64,000 nt of DNA from a virus. A program made the position numbers and the translations under genes. The notes beneath the pieces are model-generated. The model was not told the DNA's origin. It ran no database searches and worked only from the letters and a program-made list of their open reading frames with translations. Where the stretch lies: positions 32,001-96,000 of the IMG/VR virus record IMGVR_UViG_3300031578_000004. One strand, 5' to 3'. Shown here piece by piece: positions 51,385 to 60,902 of this stretch. How positions within the stretch are numbered: the first letter of the stretch is position 1; each line of letters begins with the position of its first letter.

Positions 51385-51553
51385 TACGGCTAAAAATGAA
51401 GGATACAGTGATGTTTATGAAAGTTGTAGTATTTGTGGTAGAGATATGAGCAATCCAAAATACATATTTGTAGAAGTAGATTCAGATTTATATATTTGTG
51501 CTATTTGTAAGAAAAAACATAATATTCATGCTGTACAATGTGCAGAGATATAG
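51335..51553 (+). CDS. Small zinc-finger protein
   Basis: CSICG...ICAIC. Confidence 0.55.
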   Translation: MRKEVKQMSQEKNNKVNTAKNEGYSDVYESCSICGRDMSNPKYIFVEVDSDLYICAICKKKHNIHAVQCAEI

Positions 51554-51607
51554 AAATCTCAACCAATTGCGAAATTGATTAAAAGTGAATAATGAGTTTT
51601 ATATGGC

Positions 51608-51641
51608 GTGAACACTCGTGATTTCAGTCGTGTGAGGTTCA
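51608..51641. mobile_element. Solo IS200/IS605-type end hairpin
   Basis: gaacactcgtgatttcagtcgtgtgaggttca, similar to both ends of the IscB element. Confidence 0.65.
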
Positions 51642-51749
51642 GGCTAGAGAAATAAAAAATCCATTTTCAAAAATGAAGAGATATTGCAAAGCTGAGTTCT
51701 GTGAAATTTTATTGAAGGATTATGAGGTTTAGAAAGGAGATAAATATAA

Positions 51750-52337
51750 ATGACATGTATTATAGGTGTATTTGATAAAGAACAAAATTGTGTTTATATA
51801 GGAGCGGATAGTTTAGGTTCAAATGGATATAGTCAACAATTATTTAGAAATAAGAAAGTATTCAAAGCAACAGATAATTCAAATATAGTAATGGCTATTA
51901 GTGGAGATTATAAACTCTCTAATATATTGTCTATAGAGGATAAATTAGTTGAAGAGTTGAAAGAATTGAAAAACGAAGTTAATATTTCACATATTATTCA
52001 ATATACAGTTCCTAAAATAATTGACTCTGCTATGAAATATAGATGTTATAAGAATAGAGATGGGTATGTAAGTATTGAAGGAGATATTATATTTGCATAT
52101 AAAAATCAATTATATATAATAGAAAGTAATTTACAGGTTTTAGAGTCTGATGATGATTACTTAGCTAGTGGTTCGGGGAAACAATTCGCTATGGCAGTAC
52201 TTTCACAGAATAAAGATAAAAGTACCATAGATAGAATTAAAGAAGGTTTAGAGGCATCTGAGAAGCATGGTATTGGTATTAAAAGACCTTTTTATATTAT
52301 GAATACTAAAGATGATAAAGTTATTAAGATTGATTAA
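51750..52337 (+). CDS. HslV/proteasome-like Ntn-hydrolase protein
   Basis: N-terminal MTCIIG, GADS, NKKVF, ASGSG. Confidence 0.75.
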   Translation: MTCIIGVFDKEQNCVYIGADSLGSNGYSQQLFRNKKVFKATDNSNIVMAISGDYKLSNILSIEDKLVEELKELKNEVNISHIIQYTVPKIIDSAMKYRCYKNRDGYVSIEGDIIFAYKNQLYIIESNLQVLESDDDYLASGSGKQFAMAVLSQNKDKSTIDRIKEGLEASEKHGIGIKRPFYIMNTKDDKVIKID

Positions 52338-52776
52338 GATAAAATGCGAAATTGGTAGAAATATAAAAGAGGAAATTATGAATAAATCTAACAACATTAT
52401 ATATATAGTCGATATAGAAACATTTATAAAAGACTTCAGAAATTATGAAACAGGTAAAGAAATAATAGAACGTTTTACTCAAGGGTATTGCTATTGGTTT
52501 GCATACATATTAATTAATAGATTTCCAGACGGAGAAATTTATTATAATACCATGAACCATTTTGTTTTTAAATATAACAATAGACTTTATGATATTACAG
52601 GTGATTGCACTGATAAATGGGATAATGAGTATTTATATGATTGGAATGAATATCAGAAAAAGGAAAAAGATTCAGAGCATATTAAACTTTTAGAACATTG
52701 CTGTATTAATAAAAATTATTATTATCCATATGGCTCTTTGGAGTTGGAAAATAAATATCAAAAAACATATATATAA
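52312..52776 (+). CDS. Hypothetical phage protein
   Basis: F..G.CYWFA.IL...H......YDITG; probable start MNKSN. Confidence 0.65.
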   Translation: MIKLLRLIKIKCEIGRNIKEEIMNKSNNIIYIVDIETFIKDFRNYETGKEIIERFTQGYCYWFAYILINRFPDGEIYYNTMNHFVFKYNNRLYDITGDCTDKWDNEYLYDWNEYQKKEKDSEHIKLLEHCCINKNYYYPYGSLELENKYQKTYI

Positions 52777-52827
52777 AATTACGACCAATGCTCAATTTTG
52801 TAAAAATAAGAAAGGAGAAAATTTAAT

Positions 52828-52989
52828 ATGAAATCGAAATGACATTTGTATATCTCGCTTACCAAATCAATAATCAGAATTCTAGCCTGTATTGTTGCTA
52901 TAAAAACAAATAATGTATGGGATTTAGCAATAGGTTTAGCGGTAGCTGAGGTTTTGGGGATTTTGGAAGAAGTTAGGGATGAGAGATAG
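52828..52989 (+). pseudogene. Small membrane protein with in-frame TGA at codon 5
   Basis: AGGAG RBS; MKSK*HLYISLTKSIIRI...AEVLGILEE. Confidence 0.5.
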
Positions 52990-53029
52990 GGAAATATGAG
53001 ATATATAAAATTATAAGGAGGATACTAAA

Positions 53030-53896
53030 ATAGAATTTGAAAAATATAAATTAATAAAGAGTCCACTTAATTATGTGGGTGGCAAATATAAACTACTTCC
53101 GCAGATACTCCCTTTATTTCCTGAAAATATAAATAGGTTTGTTGATTTATTCTGTGGAGGAGGAAATATAGGGGTTAATGTAAAGGCAAAACAAATTATT
53201 TGTAATGACTTTCAAAAAGAAGTAATAGAATTTTTAGATGCATGTAATAACACAGATAGTGAAGAAATGTTGTTAAAAATATTAGATATTGTTAATACAT
53301 ATAAGTTATCCAAAACTAATGCAGAAGGGTATTTAAAACTAAGAGAAGATTACAATAATGGACATAAATCTTGGCTGACTTTTTATTCTTTAATATGTCA
53401 CGCTTTTAACAACCAGATAAGATTTAATTCTAAGGGTAATTACAATATGCCTTTTGGGAAAGATAGAAGTAGTTTTAATCCAACACTACAAAAGAAGTTC
53501 ATTAATTTTGTTGATGAATTAAAAAAGAAAAATATAAAATTTATAAATAAAGACTTTAGAAAATTACCTTTTGATAAATTAAATTCCAATGATTTTGTAT
53601 ACGCAGACCCTCCGTATTTGATTACTTGTGCAAGTTATAATGAAAATGATGGTTGGAATGAGAAACACGAAAGAGATTTAATTAGTTTACTAGATAAATT
53701 AAATAAGCAGGGAGTTAAATTTGCTTTAAGCAATGTGTTAGAAGATAAAGGTAAATCTAATGATATATTAAAAGAATGGGTAATTAAATATAATATTAAT
53801 CATTTAAATCATACATATGGGAATTGTAATTATCAAGCAAAAGATAAAAGCAAAGATGGAACGGTTGAAGTTTTAATTACAAATTATAAATATTGA
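53030..53896 (+). CDS. Dam-family DNA adenine methylase
   Basis: KSPLNYVGGK, FVDLFCGG, RFNSKG.YNMPFG, YADPPY, FALSN, EVLITNY; likely ATA start after AAGGAGG. Confidence 0.9.
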   Translation: MEFEKYKLIKSPLNYVGGKYKLLPQILPLFPENINRFVDLFCGGGNIGVNVKAKQIICNDFQKEVIEFLDACNNTDSEEMLLKILDIVNTYKLSKTNAEGYLKLREDYNNGHKSWLTFYSLICHAFNNQIRFNSKGNYNMPFGKDRSSFNPTLQKKFINFVDELKKKNIKFINKDFRKLPFDKLNSNDFVYADPPYLITCASYNENDGWNEKHERDLISLLDKLNKQGVKFALSNVLEDKGKSNDILKEWVIKYNINHLNHTYGNCNYQAKDKSKDGTVEVLITNYKY

Positions 53897-53947
53897 AACT
53901 ATAAAAAATGTCCTCAAAAGTTCAATTTGATGGAAAGGAGAGAATAA

Positions 53948-54181
53948 ATGATAGATAAGAGTAATCATAAAAAAGTAGGTAGAGGGTTATATTTAAAATT
54001 CACACCAGAAAATTTTATAAACACATTTAAGTAATATGAAATTAATGAAAAAGATATTGAAGTTGGAGATACTTATGATTTAGAAGAATGTACAATACCT
54101 ATATATATTGCAGAAAATGTTCAAGGTGATTATGAATGTGTTTGTGAATTTGGAACTGAAATACATGAAATTGGAGATTAG
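53948..54181 (+). pseudogene. Small ORF with one internal TAA
   Basis: AGGAG RBS; MIDKSN..NTFK*YEINEK..EIGD. Confidence 0.4.
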
Positions 54182-54198
54182 AAAAAATATAAAATTAG

Positions 54199-54426
54199 AT
54201 GAAGGAGGAATATAAAAATAATATGATAAAAACAGAACATGATGTAATAAGATTCATAAAGAGATTTCCAGATAAAATAATAACTTCTGAAAACATTTCC
54301 GAAAGAATGATTGCTAAAACATGGAAATGCTCAAGTTGTAAGACAAAATATTATAGTGAACTTGGTAGGATAATACCGAGTCCGTGTGAGATGTGTGGTG
54401 GGATTGGGTTTGAGAAGGTTGAGTAG
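54199..54426 (+). CDS. Small zinc-ribbon protein
   Basis: WKCSSC...PCEMCGG. Confidence 0.6.
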   Translation: MKEEYKNNMIKTEHDVIRFIKRFPDKIITSENISERMIAKTWKCSSCKTKYYSELGRIIPSPCEMCGGIGFEKVE

Positions 54427-54459
54427 GGGATAGGATTTGATAGTAGATAGGAGGATAAT

Positions 54460-54693
54460 ATGAGCATAAAATATATAAAACAATTTAGTATTCCTTATTG
54501 GATAAATAGAAAATTAGATTTAGACTTGTTTTGGAGATTTAGTAATATTGAAAATATTAAAGAATTAATTCTAACAATATGGAAAGTTAAAAGATTAACT
54601 GATTATAAATGTCATGAAAATGAATGGGGTAGTAATTGGTGGAAACATATTGTGATTTGGAAGAGTAAGGGAAGGCTTAGACAGGAGGAATAG
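54460..54693 (+). CDS. Hypothetical protein
   Basis: GGAGG RBS. Confidence 0.5.
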   Translation: MSIKYIKQFSIPYWINRKLDLDLFWRFSNIENIKELILTIWKVKRLTDYKCHENEWGSNWWKHIVIWKSKGRLRQEE

Positions 54694-54694
54694 A

Positions 54695-57412
54695 TTGAAG
54701 AAAGAAAATGCATACATAATGAATTTAGAATCTGCTTATATATATAAAGATATTCAAGAAAATAAAAAGATAACCATTAAAAATAGAGATTTAACAAAAT
54801 TATTTTCAGCCACAATACCTTATAGTTTGGAAACTATTAGAATGAATAATATGTTTTCTGATACTTTTTATACAATAAAAAACAGTGGAAAACAATATAC
54901 TACAAAAATTATAAATGTCACTTTTGATAAAAACTATACTATATGGGATGACATAAATAAAAAAAGAATTACTTTAACTAATAAGAAAAAAATTAGAAAA
55001 CATCTATATGACAATGGATTTGTGATGGATGATGTGAAATATATTTTTTATAAAAGGGGAGCAGGAAAAGCTAAAAATGGTTACGCTTTCTATATTCAAG
55101 AAGATATGAGGGATAAATTAATCAATAGAAGTAGGTTAAATTTAAAATTTGAGAAAGATGAACTTCTTGATTTAACTTCACTTTTAGCTTATGAATCTTT
55201 AATTTCATCAAGTATAGATTTTACAATTAACTTAAATCCCTTAACAGAAATCCTATTAATAGATGATATATATGGGTTAGAGTTTGAAAGTCTTGCTAGT
55301 GTCACCAGAGAGCAAAATAAACACGTATCTACTCAGAATGAAACTTTAATTTTACAGAACTACTTAACAGATGGGCAGGGACTTCTTGATGAGTCAGTTT
55401 TTAAACAATATGATAAATCAGATAAAGGATTTATGCTTTTAAGAAGTGATATGTTTAAAGATTGTGGATTTAATACTAAGTTACAAGTATGGTTTAAGTA
55501 TAATAATATAGATACTCTAACAGATATGTTTGGAAATATATATGAAGCAAATAAAATAAAATTAGTAATTACCCCTAATTCATTAAAGTTCTTAAAGTTT
55601 GCTTATAAATTTACAAAAACAAAGACAATGGAAGAATATAATAATTTAAATAAAGAAGAACAAATAAAAGTAAAAAAAGAATGCTATGACTATTGGAAAA
55701 ACAATATTGATGATATGTTTGGTGTAGTTAAATGTGACAAAGAAGGTAATTATGGTAATTATAATAGAACTACATATCAAGTTTTAAATAGTATACCTAA
55801 TTTAACGTATGCAGAATTAATGGAAATTACGGAAATTGAAAGAGAATATGTAATGCTATTGAAGAACGATTTTGCTGTATTTAGAAACTATTTAGGCTGT
55901 GATGCTAAAACAAGTTTAAAATTAGAAAAGAAGTTAGAAGAAGGGGATATTAGTTTATATGAAAATACAGACTTAATAAATGCACTACTGTTGGTTAATT
56001 CAGATATTCAATATACCACAAAGTTTAAAAAGATAAAAAGTGATTTGATTGCTAATTATATTACTCATTTAAAAGAAGGCAAGATAAGAATGAAAGATTC
56101 TAAATATGTAACGTTAGTTTCTAATCCTTATGAGATGCTTTTAGCTTCAATAGGTAAATATAATAATAAGTCAATTATGAGTGGTAGGGAGGTATATTGT
56201 AAATATTATCAAGATGGTCAAAACTTTTGTGCCACAAGAAATCCTCATATTAATTCAGGAAATTTGATGCACACCACAAATAGATATCATGAAGAATATG
56301 AGGATTGGTTTAATTTAACTGATAATATTTGTGCAATAAACTTTTTTGATAATGATGCTCCAGATAGACTTCAGGGGTGTGACACCGATTCTGACACAAT
56401 TCTGCTAAATTCGAGTACCATATTGTCGAATAAAGCCAAATATTGTGAAGAGAACTTTCCTACTCCTATAAATAGAGTCGAAGGTAATTCAAAACCTAGA
56501 AAAAATAATATGACTGAATTACATAAATTAGATATTATATTGAGTGATAATTACATAGGTAGAATAGTTAATATGTCTCAAATAATTAATTCGTATTTAA
56601 ATGATGCTATTTCAAAAAGTAAGTCTAATGAGATAATAGATGAATTATATCAAGCAAGTAGTAAGCTATCAAGTATGAGTCAAATTGAAATAGATAAAAG
56701 TAAAAAGGTTTTTGATAATATTAAAATGAATAAAGAATTAGGAAAAATGAGAAATATTAGTTCTATAAGGTATGTTGAAGAAAAAGATAAGTTTGAAAAT
56801 ATGGTTAAGAAAATGGTAGTTCCTAATTTTTTTAATATGATTTCAGACTCTAATGATTACAGGGTGTTTGAGAAGTTTAATACCCCTTTAGATATATTAC
56901 AAGATATATTAGTGTTTAAGCACTCTGATTATAAGAAAGGAACAAAGAATATAGAATTAGTTGATTTATTAGTTAAGTCAAAAGAATTAGATGGAATATA
57001 TCAAATAAATAGTGCATTAGCTATATGTAAAATAATTGAGGATTGTGGAAAAAAGATAAATGGATTAAAGCTTAAAACATGTACATTGAATGATAAAGCT
57101 AAAAAAACCGTTGAGAGAAAATCTAAAAAAGAAGCTATTGAAAAATTAAAAAAATTAACCCCAAATGATGCAACGATTTTATCAATATTAAAACAAAGTT
57201 TTGGTAAAAAAGAAGATGATAGACTTGGATTTAAAAAATATAGTATGTTAACTTTAAATTTATTATTTATTTCTAAAAAAATTCAAGTGCTAAAATGTTT
57301 TAAAAACAATAATATGGCTATGGATGAAGTGTTGATAAAAATAAAAGATGAATATGATTTTAATATCTTTGGAGAAAATTATCAAAAGATGTTAAGAAAA
57401 GAAATTTTATAA
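54695..57412 (+). CDS. yonO: Single-subunit two-barrel RNA polymerase (SPbeta YonO-like)
   Basis: TDGQG, LR..FK, RNPH, LQGCDTDSD metal loop, IG.I.N, ID..K; 905 aa. Confidence 0.8.
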   Translation: MKKENAYIMNLESAYIYKDIQENKKITIKNRDLTKLFSATIPYSLETIRMNNMFSDTFYTIKNSGKQYTTKIINVTFDKNYTIWDDINKKRITLTNKKKIRKHLYDNGFVMDDVKYIFYKRGAGKAKNGYAFYIQEDMRDKLINRSRLNLKFEKDELLDLTSLLAYESLISSSIDFTINLNPLTEILLIDDIYGLEFESLASVTREQNKHVSTQNETLILQNYLTDGQGLLDESVFKQYDKSDKGFMLLRSDMFKDCGFNTKLQVWFKYNNIDTLTDMFGNIYEANKIKLVITPNSLKFLKFAYKFTKTKTMEEYNNLNKEEQIKVKKECYDYWKNNIDDMFGVVKCDKEGNYGNYNRTTYQVLNSIPNLTYAELMEITEIEREYVMLLKNDFAVFRNYLGCDAKTSLKLEKKLEEGDISLYENTDLINALLLVNSDIQYTTKFKKIKSDLIANYITHLKEGKIRMKDSKYVTLVSNPYEMLLASIGKYNNKSIMSGREVYCKYYQDGQNFCATRNPHINSGNLMHTTNRYHEEYEDWFNLTDNICAINFFDNDAPDRLQGCDTDSDTILLNSSTILSNKAKYCEENFPTPINRVEGNSKPRKNNMTELHKLDIILSDNYIGRIVNMSQIINSYLNDAISKSKSNEIIDELYQASSKLSSMSQIEIDKSKKVFDNIKMNKELGKMRNISSIRYVEEKDKFENMVKKMVVPNFFNMISDSNDYRVFEKFNTPLDILQDILVFKHSDYKKGTKNIELVDLLVKSKELDGIYQINSALAICKIIEDCGKKINGLKLKTCTLNDKAKKTVERKSKKEAIEKLKKLTPNDATILSILKQSFGKKEDDRLGFKKYSMLTLNLLFISKKIQVLKCFKNNNMAMDEVLIKIKDEYDFNIFGENYQKMLRKEIL

Positions 57413-57634
57413 TTATTTCTAAAAACAAGTGATTGCAAGGTGAAAATATTTTTATACCCCTCAAACCTTGTAGTACCAATGGTTCTACGATTGTCTATCT
57501 TCCTTGTATATGATATAGAACAACAAATATAAAAATAAATAATATAAGTGAGGCTTGTTGTGATAATAACCCTTTATATTATGTTTTTAAAAATACAGAC
57601 AGATAAACAATAAATAAGTAAGGGGATAGGACTT

Positions 57635-57934
57635 ATGAATAATTCCTGTAAAAATTGCATTATGGATTGTGACCAATATACAGAAAATGAATTATGTAAC
57701 AACTTCAAGAAAGCGAAGCCTGTTTCCGAATATAATAAAATTGTTAGAGAAGAAAATAGAAATCTACATAAATTCTGCGATAAAAATAATCTCAAATACA
57801 GTGAACTAATGAAAATGCTAAGATATAAGATTAGGTTTAAATATAAATATCGTGTTTTACTAGAAAATTTCTTGTATATGAAAGATGAGTGGAGTCAATG
57901 GATTGAGGATGGCGAAAAAACATATGGGGAATAA
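57635..57934 (+). CDS. Hypothetical protein with Cys cluster
   Basis: CxxCxxxC...C, possible HTH. Confidence 0.55.
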   Translation: MNNSCKNCIMDCDQYTENELCNNFKKAKPVSEYNKIVREENRNLHKFCDKNNLKYSELMKMLRYKIRFKYKYRVLLENFLYMKDEWSQWIEDGEKTYGE

Positions 57935-59363
57935 AAAGAAAAGTGAAGATAAGATAAAGATACAGTTTATCGGAGCTACAGATGAAGTTACAGGTTCATG
58001 TACATATATTCAAGTAGATGGAATAAATATATTAGTTGATTTTGGTTTGATACAAAACAATGAATTAACAATAGACCAACTATATAGATTAAATTCAAAA
58101 GAATTACCACTTCCAATGAGTAAAATCGACTATGTAATAATATTACATTCTCATTATGACCATTGTTCGAGACTCCCTATATTATCAAATTCTGAATTTA
58201 CAGGTAAGATTATTACCACAACTTTAACAGCAAAGCTAATGAATCTTATACTGAATGATTCAGCTCACATAATGAATAGAGAAGTAACAAGGGTGAATAA
58301 AAAGAGAACAGTAAAAAAGTTATCACCTTTATATACAAAATCAGATGTTGAATACATTATGACCTTTGTACAAGGTTATGATTTTAATAAAGAAATAATA
58401 TTAAATAATAGAACCAAAATAACTCTACTTCCTGCATCTCATATTAGTGGTGCAGCAATGTTGTATTTAGAATTTCAAGAATCTGAATATGTAAAGAAAA
58501 GAATCCTAGTTACATCAGATACAAGTGGAATAGATAGAGATGTTCCTTTTACTATGAAGCCTGATATAGAAAAATTAAAAGTAGATTTAATAGTTTCAGA
58601 ATCGACTTATGGTGATAGAGAACATGATGATATTAATCCTGAAGAACAGTTAGAAAAATGTATTAGGGATACTATTTTAGATAAAAAGAAAACTTTAATA
58701 ATCCCTTCGTTTGCGATGTCCAGATGCACGAATATAATATTAATGCTTTATAATTTATTTAATAAATATAAGGAATTTCAAGATATAGAGTTATATTTAG
58801 CAAGTCCTATGAGTATTAATGCACATAAGATTATTGGAGAAGATGAAAGTTTTGATTTCTATGATAAGCAATGGAGTCAATATAAGGACTTATTTAAATG
58901 GGATAAAATACAAATGATTGATGATTTTGAAATAGTTCAAACAAAATTAATTAATGACACTCCAAAACTGATAATCTCGGCTAGTGGAATGTGCGATAAT
59001 GGCTTTGTGAAATACATAATTAGTAAGTATTTACACATTAAAGATAATAAGATTTTAATTTCTGGCTATCAATCAAATGGAAGCCTTGGTAGGAAATTAA
59101 TTGACGGAATTACTAAAACAGTTACTATAGATGGAATAGCCGTACCTATAAAAGCAGATATAGAAATGCTTAAAAAAATGAGTAGTCACGCAAGTAAAAG
59201 TGAACTTGTGAATTTACTAAAGACAGTAGAAAAAAAGAAAGTAAAAAAGATTGCTTTGGTACACGGGCAAAAAGAAGCAAAAGAAAGTCTTAGAGAAGCA
59301 CTAAAGAAGGAATTTGATTGTGAGATTATTATACCGTATGAGAACATGATAATTAAAATATAA
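57885..59363 (+). CDS. MBL-fold beta-CASP ribonuclease
   Basis: GA..EVTGS, HSHYDH, SHI.GA, ESTYG, SGM, GYQ, SSHA, VHG. Confidence 0.9.
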   Translation: MSGVNGLRMAKKHMGNKKKSEDKIKIQFIGATDEVTGSCTYIQVDGINILVDFGLIQNNELTIDQLYRLNSKELPLPMSKIDYVIILHSHYDHCSRLPILSNSEFTGKIITTTLTAKLMNLILNDSAHIMNREVTRVNKKRTVKKLSPLYTKSDVEYIMTFVQGYDFNKEIILNNRTKITLLPASHISGAAMLYLEFQESEYVKKRILVTSDTSGIDRDVPFTMKPDIEKLKVDLIVSESTYGDREHDDINPEEQLEKCIRDTILDKKKTLIIPSFAMSRCTNIILMLYNLFNKYKEFQDIELYLASPMSINAHKIIGEDESFDFYDKQWSQYKDLFKWDKIQMIDDFEIVQTKLINDTPKLIISASGMCDNGFVKYIISKYLHIKDNKILISGYQSNGSLGRKLIDGITKTVTIDGIAVPIKADIEMLKKMSSHASKSELVNLLKTVEKKKVKKIALVHGQKEAKESLREALKKEFDCEIIIPYENMIIKI

Positions 59364-59404
59364 ATAATTAATATAAAATAAAAGGAATAAAAGGAGAAAT
59401 AAAA

Positions 59405-59602
59405 TTGGCAAATAAAAAGAATTCGGTTAGTTTCAAAAAAGGATTTATACATTTTGAAGATGATAAAATAACTTTTGAAGAAATAACTAAAGACGGTAGT
59501 TTCTTTTATGATTTAATAGCTACTTTAAAGGAATTTGATGGTATTGAAAATGTAAGTATCACAATAGGAAATGATAAAGATATCGCTCCTATAAAAGAGT
59601 AA
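59405..59602 (+). CDS. yonK: YonK-like protein
   Basis: SVSFK.G......EITK....YDL...L.EFDG..VSITI; downstream of the YonO-like gene. Confidence 0.65.
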   Translation: MANKKNSVSFKKGFIHFEDDKITFEEITKDGSFFYDLIATLKEFDGIENVSITIGNDKDIAPIKE

Positions 59603-59616
59603 TAACAAATTTAAAA

Positions 59617-59800
59617 AACGTGGTGGCGGAATAGATTTCTATTAGCATGAGTGCGAGTAGAGAGGTCTAGGAATGACCAGTAGACGCAAGCAAATTACAG
59701 GTTCGATGTGCTGAACGCACGTGGGTATAGCCAATATCCCACAACATGGCGCTGTCAAAAACTGTATGATATGTAGAGTGCAAATCTTTACCCACGTTTA
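59617..59800 (+). ncRNA. tRNA-like RNA with large insertions
   Basis: Acceptor AACGTGG/CCACGTT, split D arm TGGCGGAATAG...GTAGACGC, T-like arm GTAGAG-TGCAAAT-CTTTAC; no normal anticodon arm. Confidence 0.55.
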
Positions 59801-59814
59801 ACAAATTAATATAA

Positions 59815-60680
59815 GCCGAAGGGCATTATAAATAAATAGAATATGTGGAAGGGCATCGAAAGAGTAAGTCCAGCCACAATAGAATGAATAGGGTATAGAA
59901 TCCCAACAAAGAAGATTTAACTATCCAGTGTGAGAAATCACACACCTGCCTATAACACAAATAACAGTTTACAAGTTTATATTTTGTGTGAAGAAAAACT
60001 TGTCTGAAACATATATAGTTACCTGTCGTATATGTGAATGGTTTACTGCTTGATAAAAGCAACAGGCAAAACTATTATTTATTTAATAGTCGGTACAATA
60101 TCACCGAATAGTCCTCATGATAGAGGTTTGTCAGAAGCCTACCAAATATCTGCATGGTAAAGCATGTAAAAACTTAGAGTGCGAGGTTTAGAGGAAAAGC
60201 CTTCCAAGATATTGTTTGAGGCAATGCACTTAAAAAACCCTGCTTTTATTACTTACTTGCTTTAGAGCAAGAGATTTTATCACATATTCTACATGTAGAA
60301 CACGAGAGGATATTGGACGTTCTGACATCTTCTCAACCCCTTAATTTTTACTATTTTGAGGATAGAACAGGCAGCTATCACACCATGAAAATGGTCTTAT
60401 AAGAGATGCAGGAGCTATATCAATAAGGATATAGAGTTTATAGATTAGAAATACATTTATAAACTGATTGTCGCCCTGCCAAATAGTTTAATAATCCTAC
60501 AGGGCATGTAATTTTGCTTGTGGAATAACATACATTTTAATGGTGTATCACAAGTTGGTAATATACTTTGTCAGAAGTACAAACTGACCATGTCCGAATT
60601 TGCCTTATATATAATTTTTTATTATACTCCCTCTAAAATACAGGTGCTTACTTGCTAATGGGTGGGCATCTGTATTGATT
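59815..60680 (+). ncRNA. Candidate structured noncoding RNA region
   Basis: ~870 nt with no plausible plus-strand ORF, raised GC, many hairpins. Confidence 0.4.
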
Positions 60681-60725
60681 TAAACTAAAATAAGTAAATA
60701 ACGAAAGGTGTTTGTTTAATAGAAA

Positions 60726-60899
60726 ATGAACAATTTTGAAGATAATTTTATTGATGAACTGGATGAAGCAGAGCAATCATACAATATCGACCTAAAAGTA
60801 ATAAAACAATTTAAACGAGAAAGTAAGCAGAAAAAGATAGATGGTAAGAAGAAGAAAAAAATTAATAAAATTAAATTAGAGAATGAGGAAAAGGAGTAA
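60726..60899 (+). CDS. 57-aa charged protein
   Basis: MNNFEDNF...KLENEEKE; abuts next gene. Confidence 0.45.
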   Translation: MNNFEDNFIDELDEAEQSYNIDLKVIKQFKRESKQKKIDGKKKKKINKIKLENEEKE

Positions 60900-60902
60900 A
60901 GA

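Noticed and set aside
52828-52989. Stop-codon reassignment
   Set aside because: All three stop codons terminate ordinary genes in the window and long genes have no internal stops.
59617-59800. Canonical tRNA-Leu or tmRNA
   Set aside because: No 7-nt anticodon loop in position; too short for tmRNA and no tag ORF is evident.
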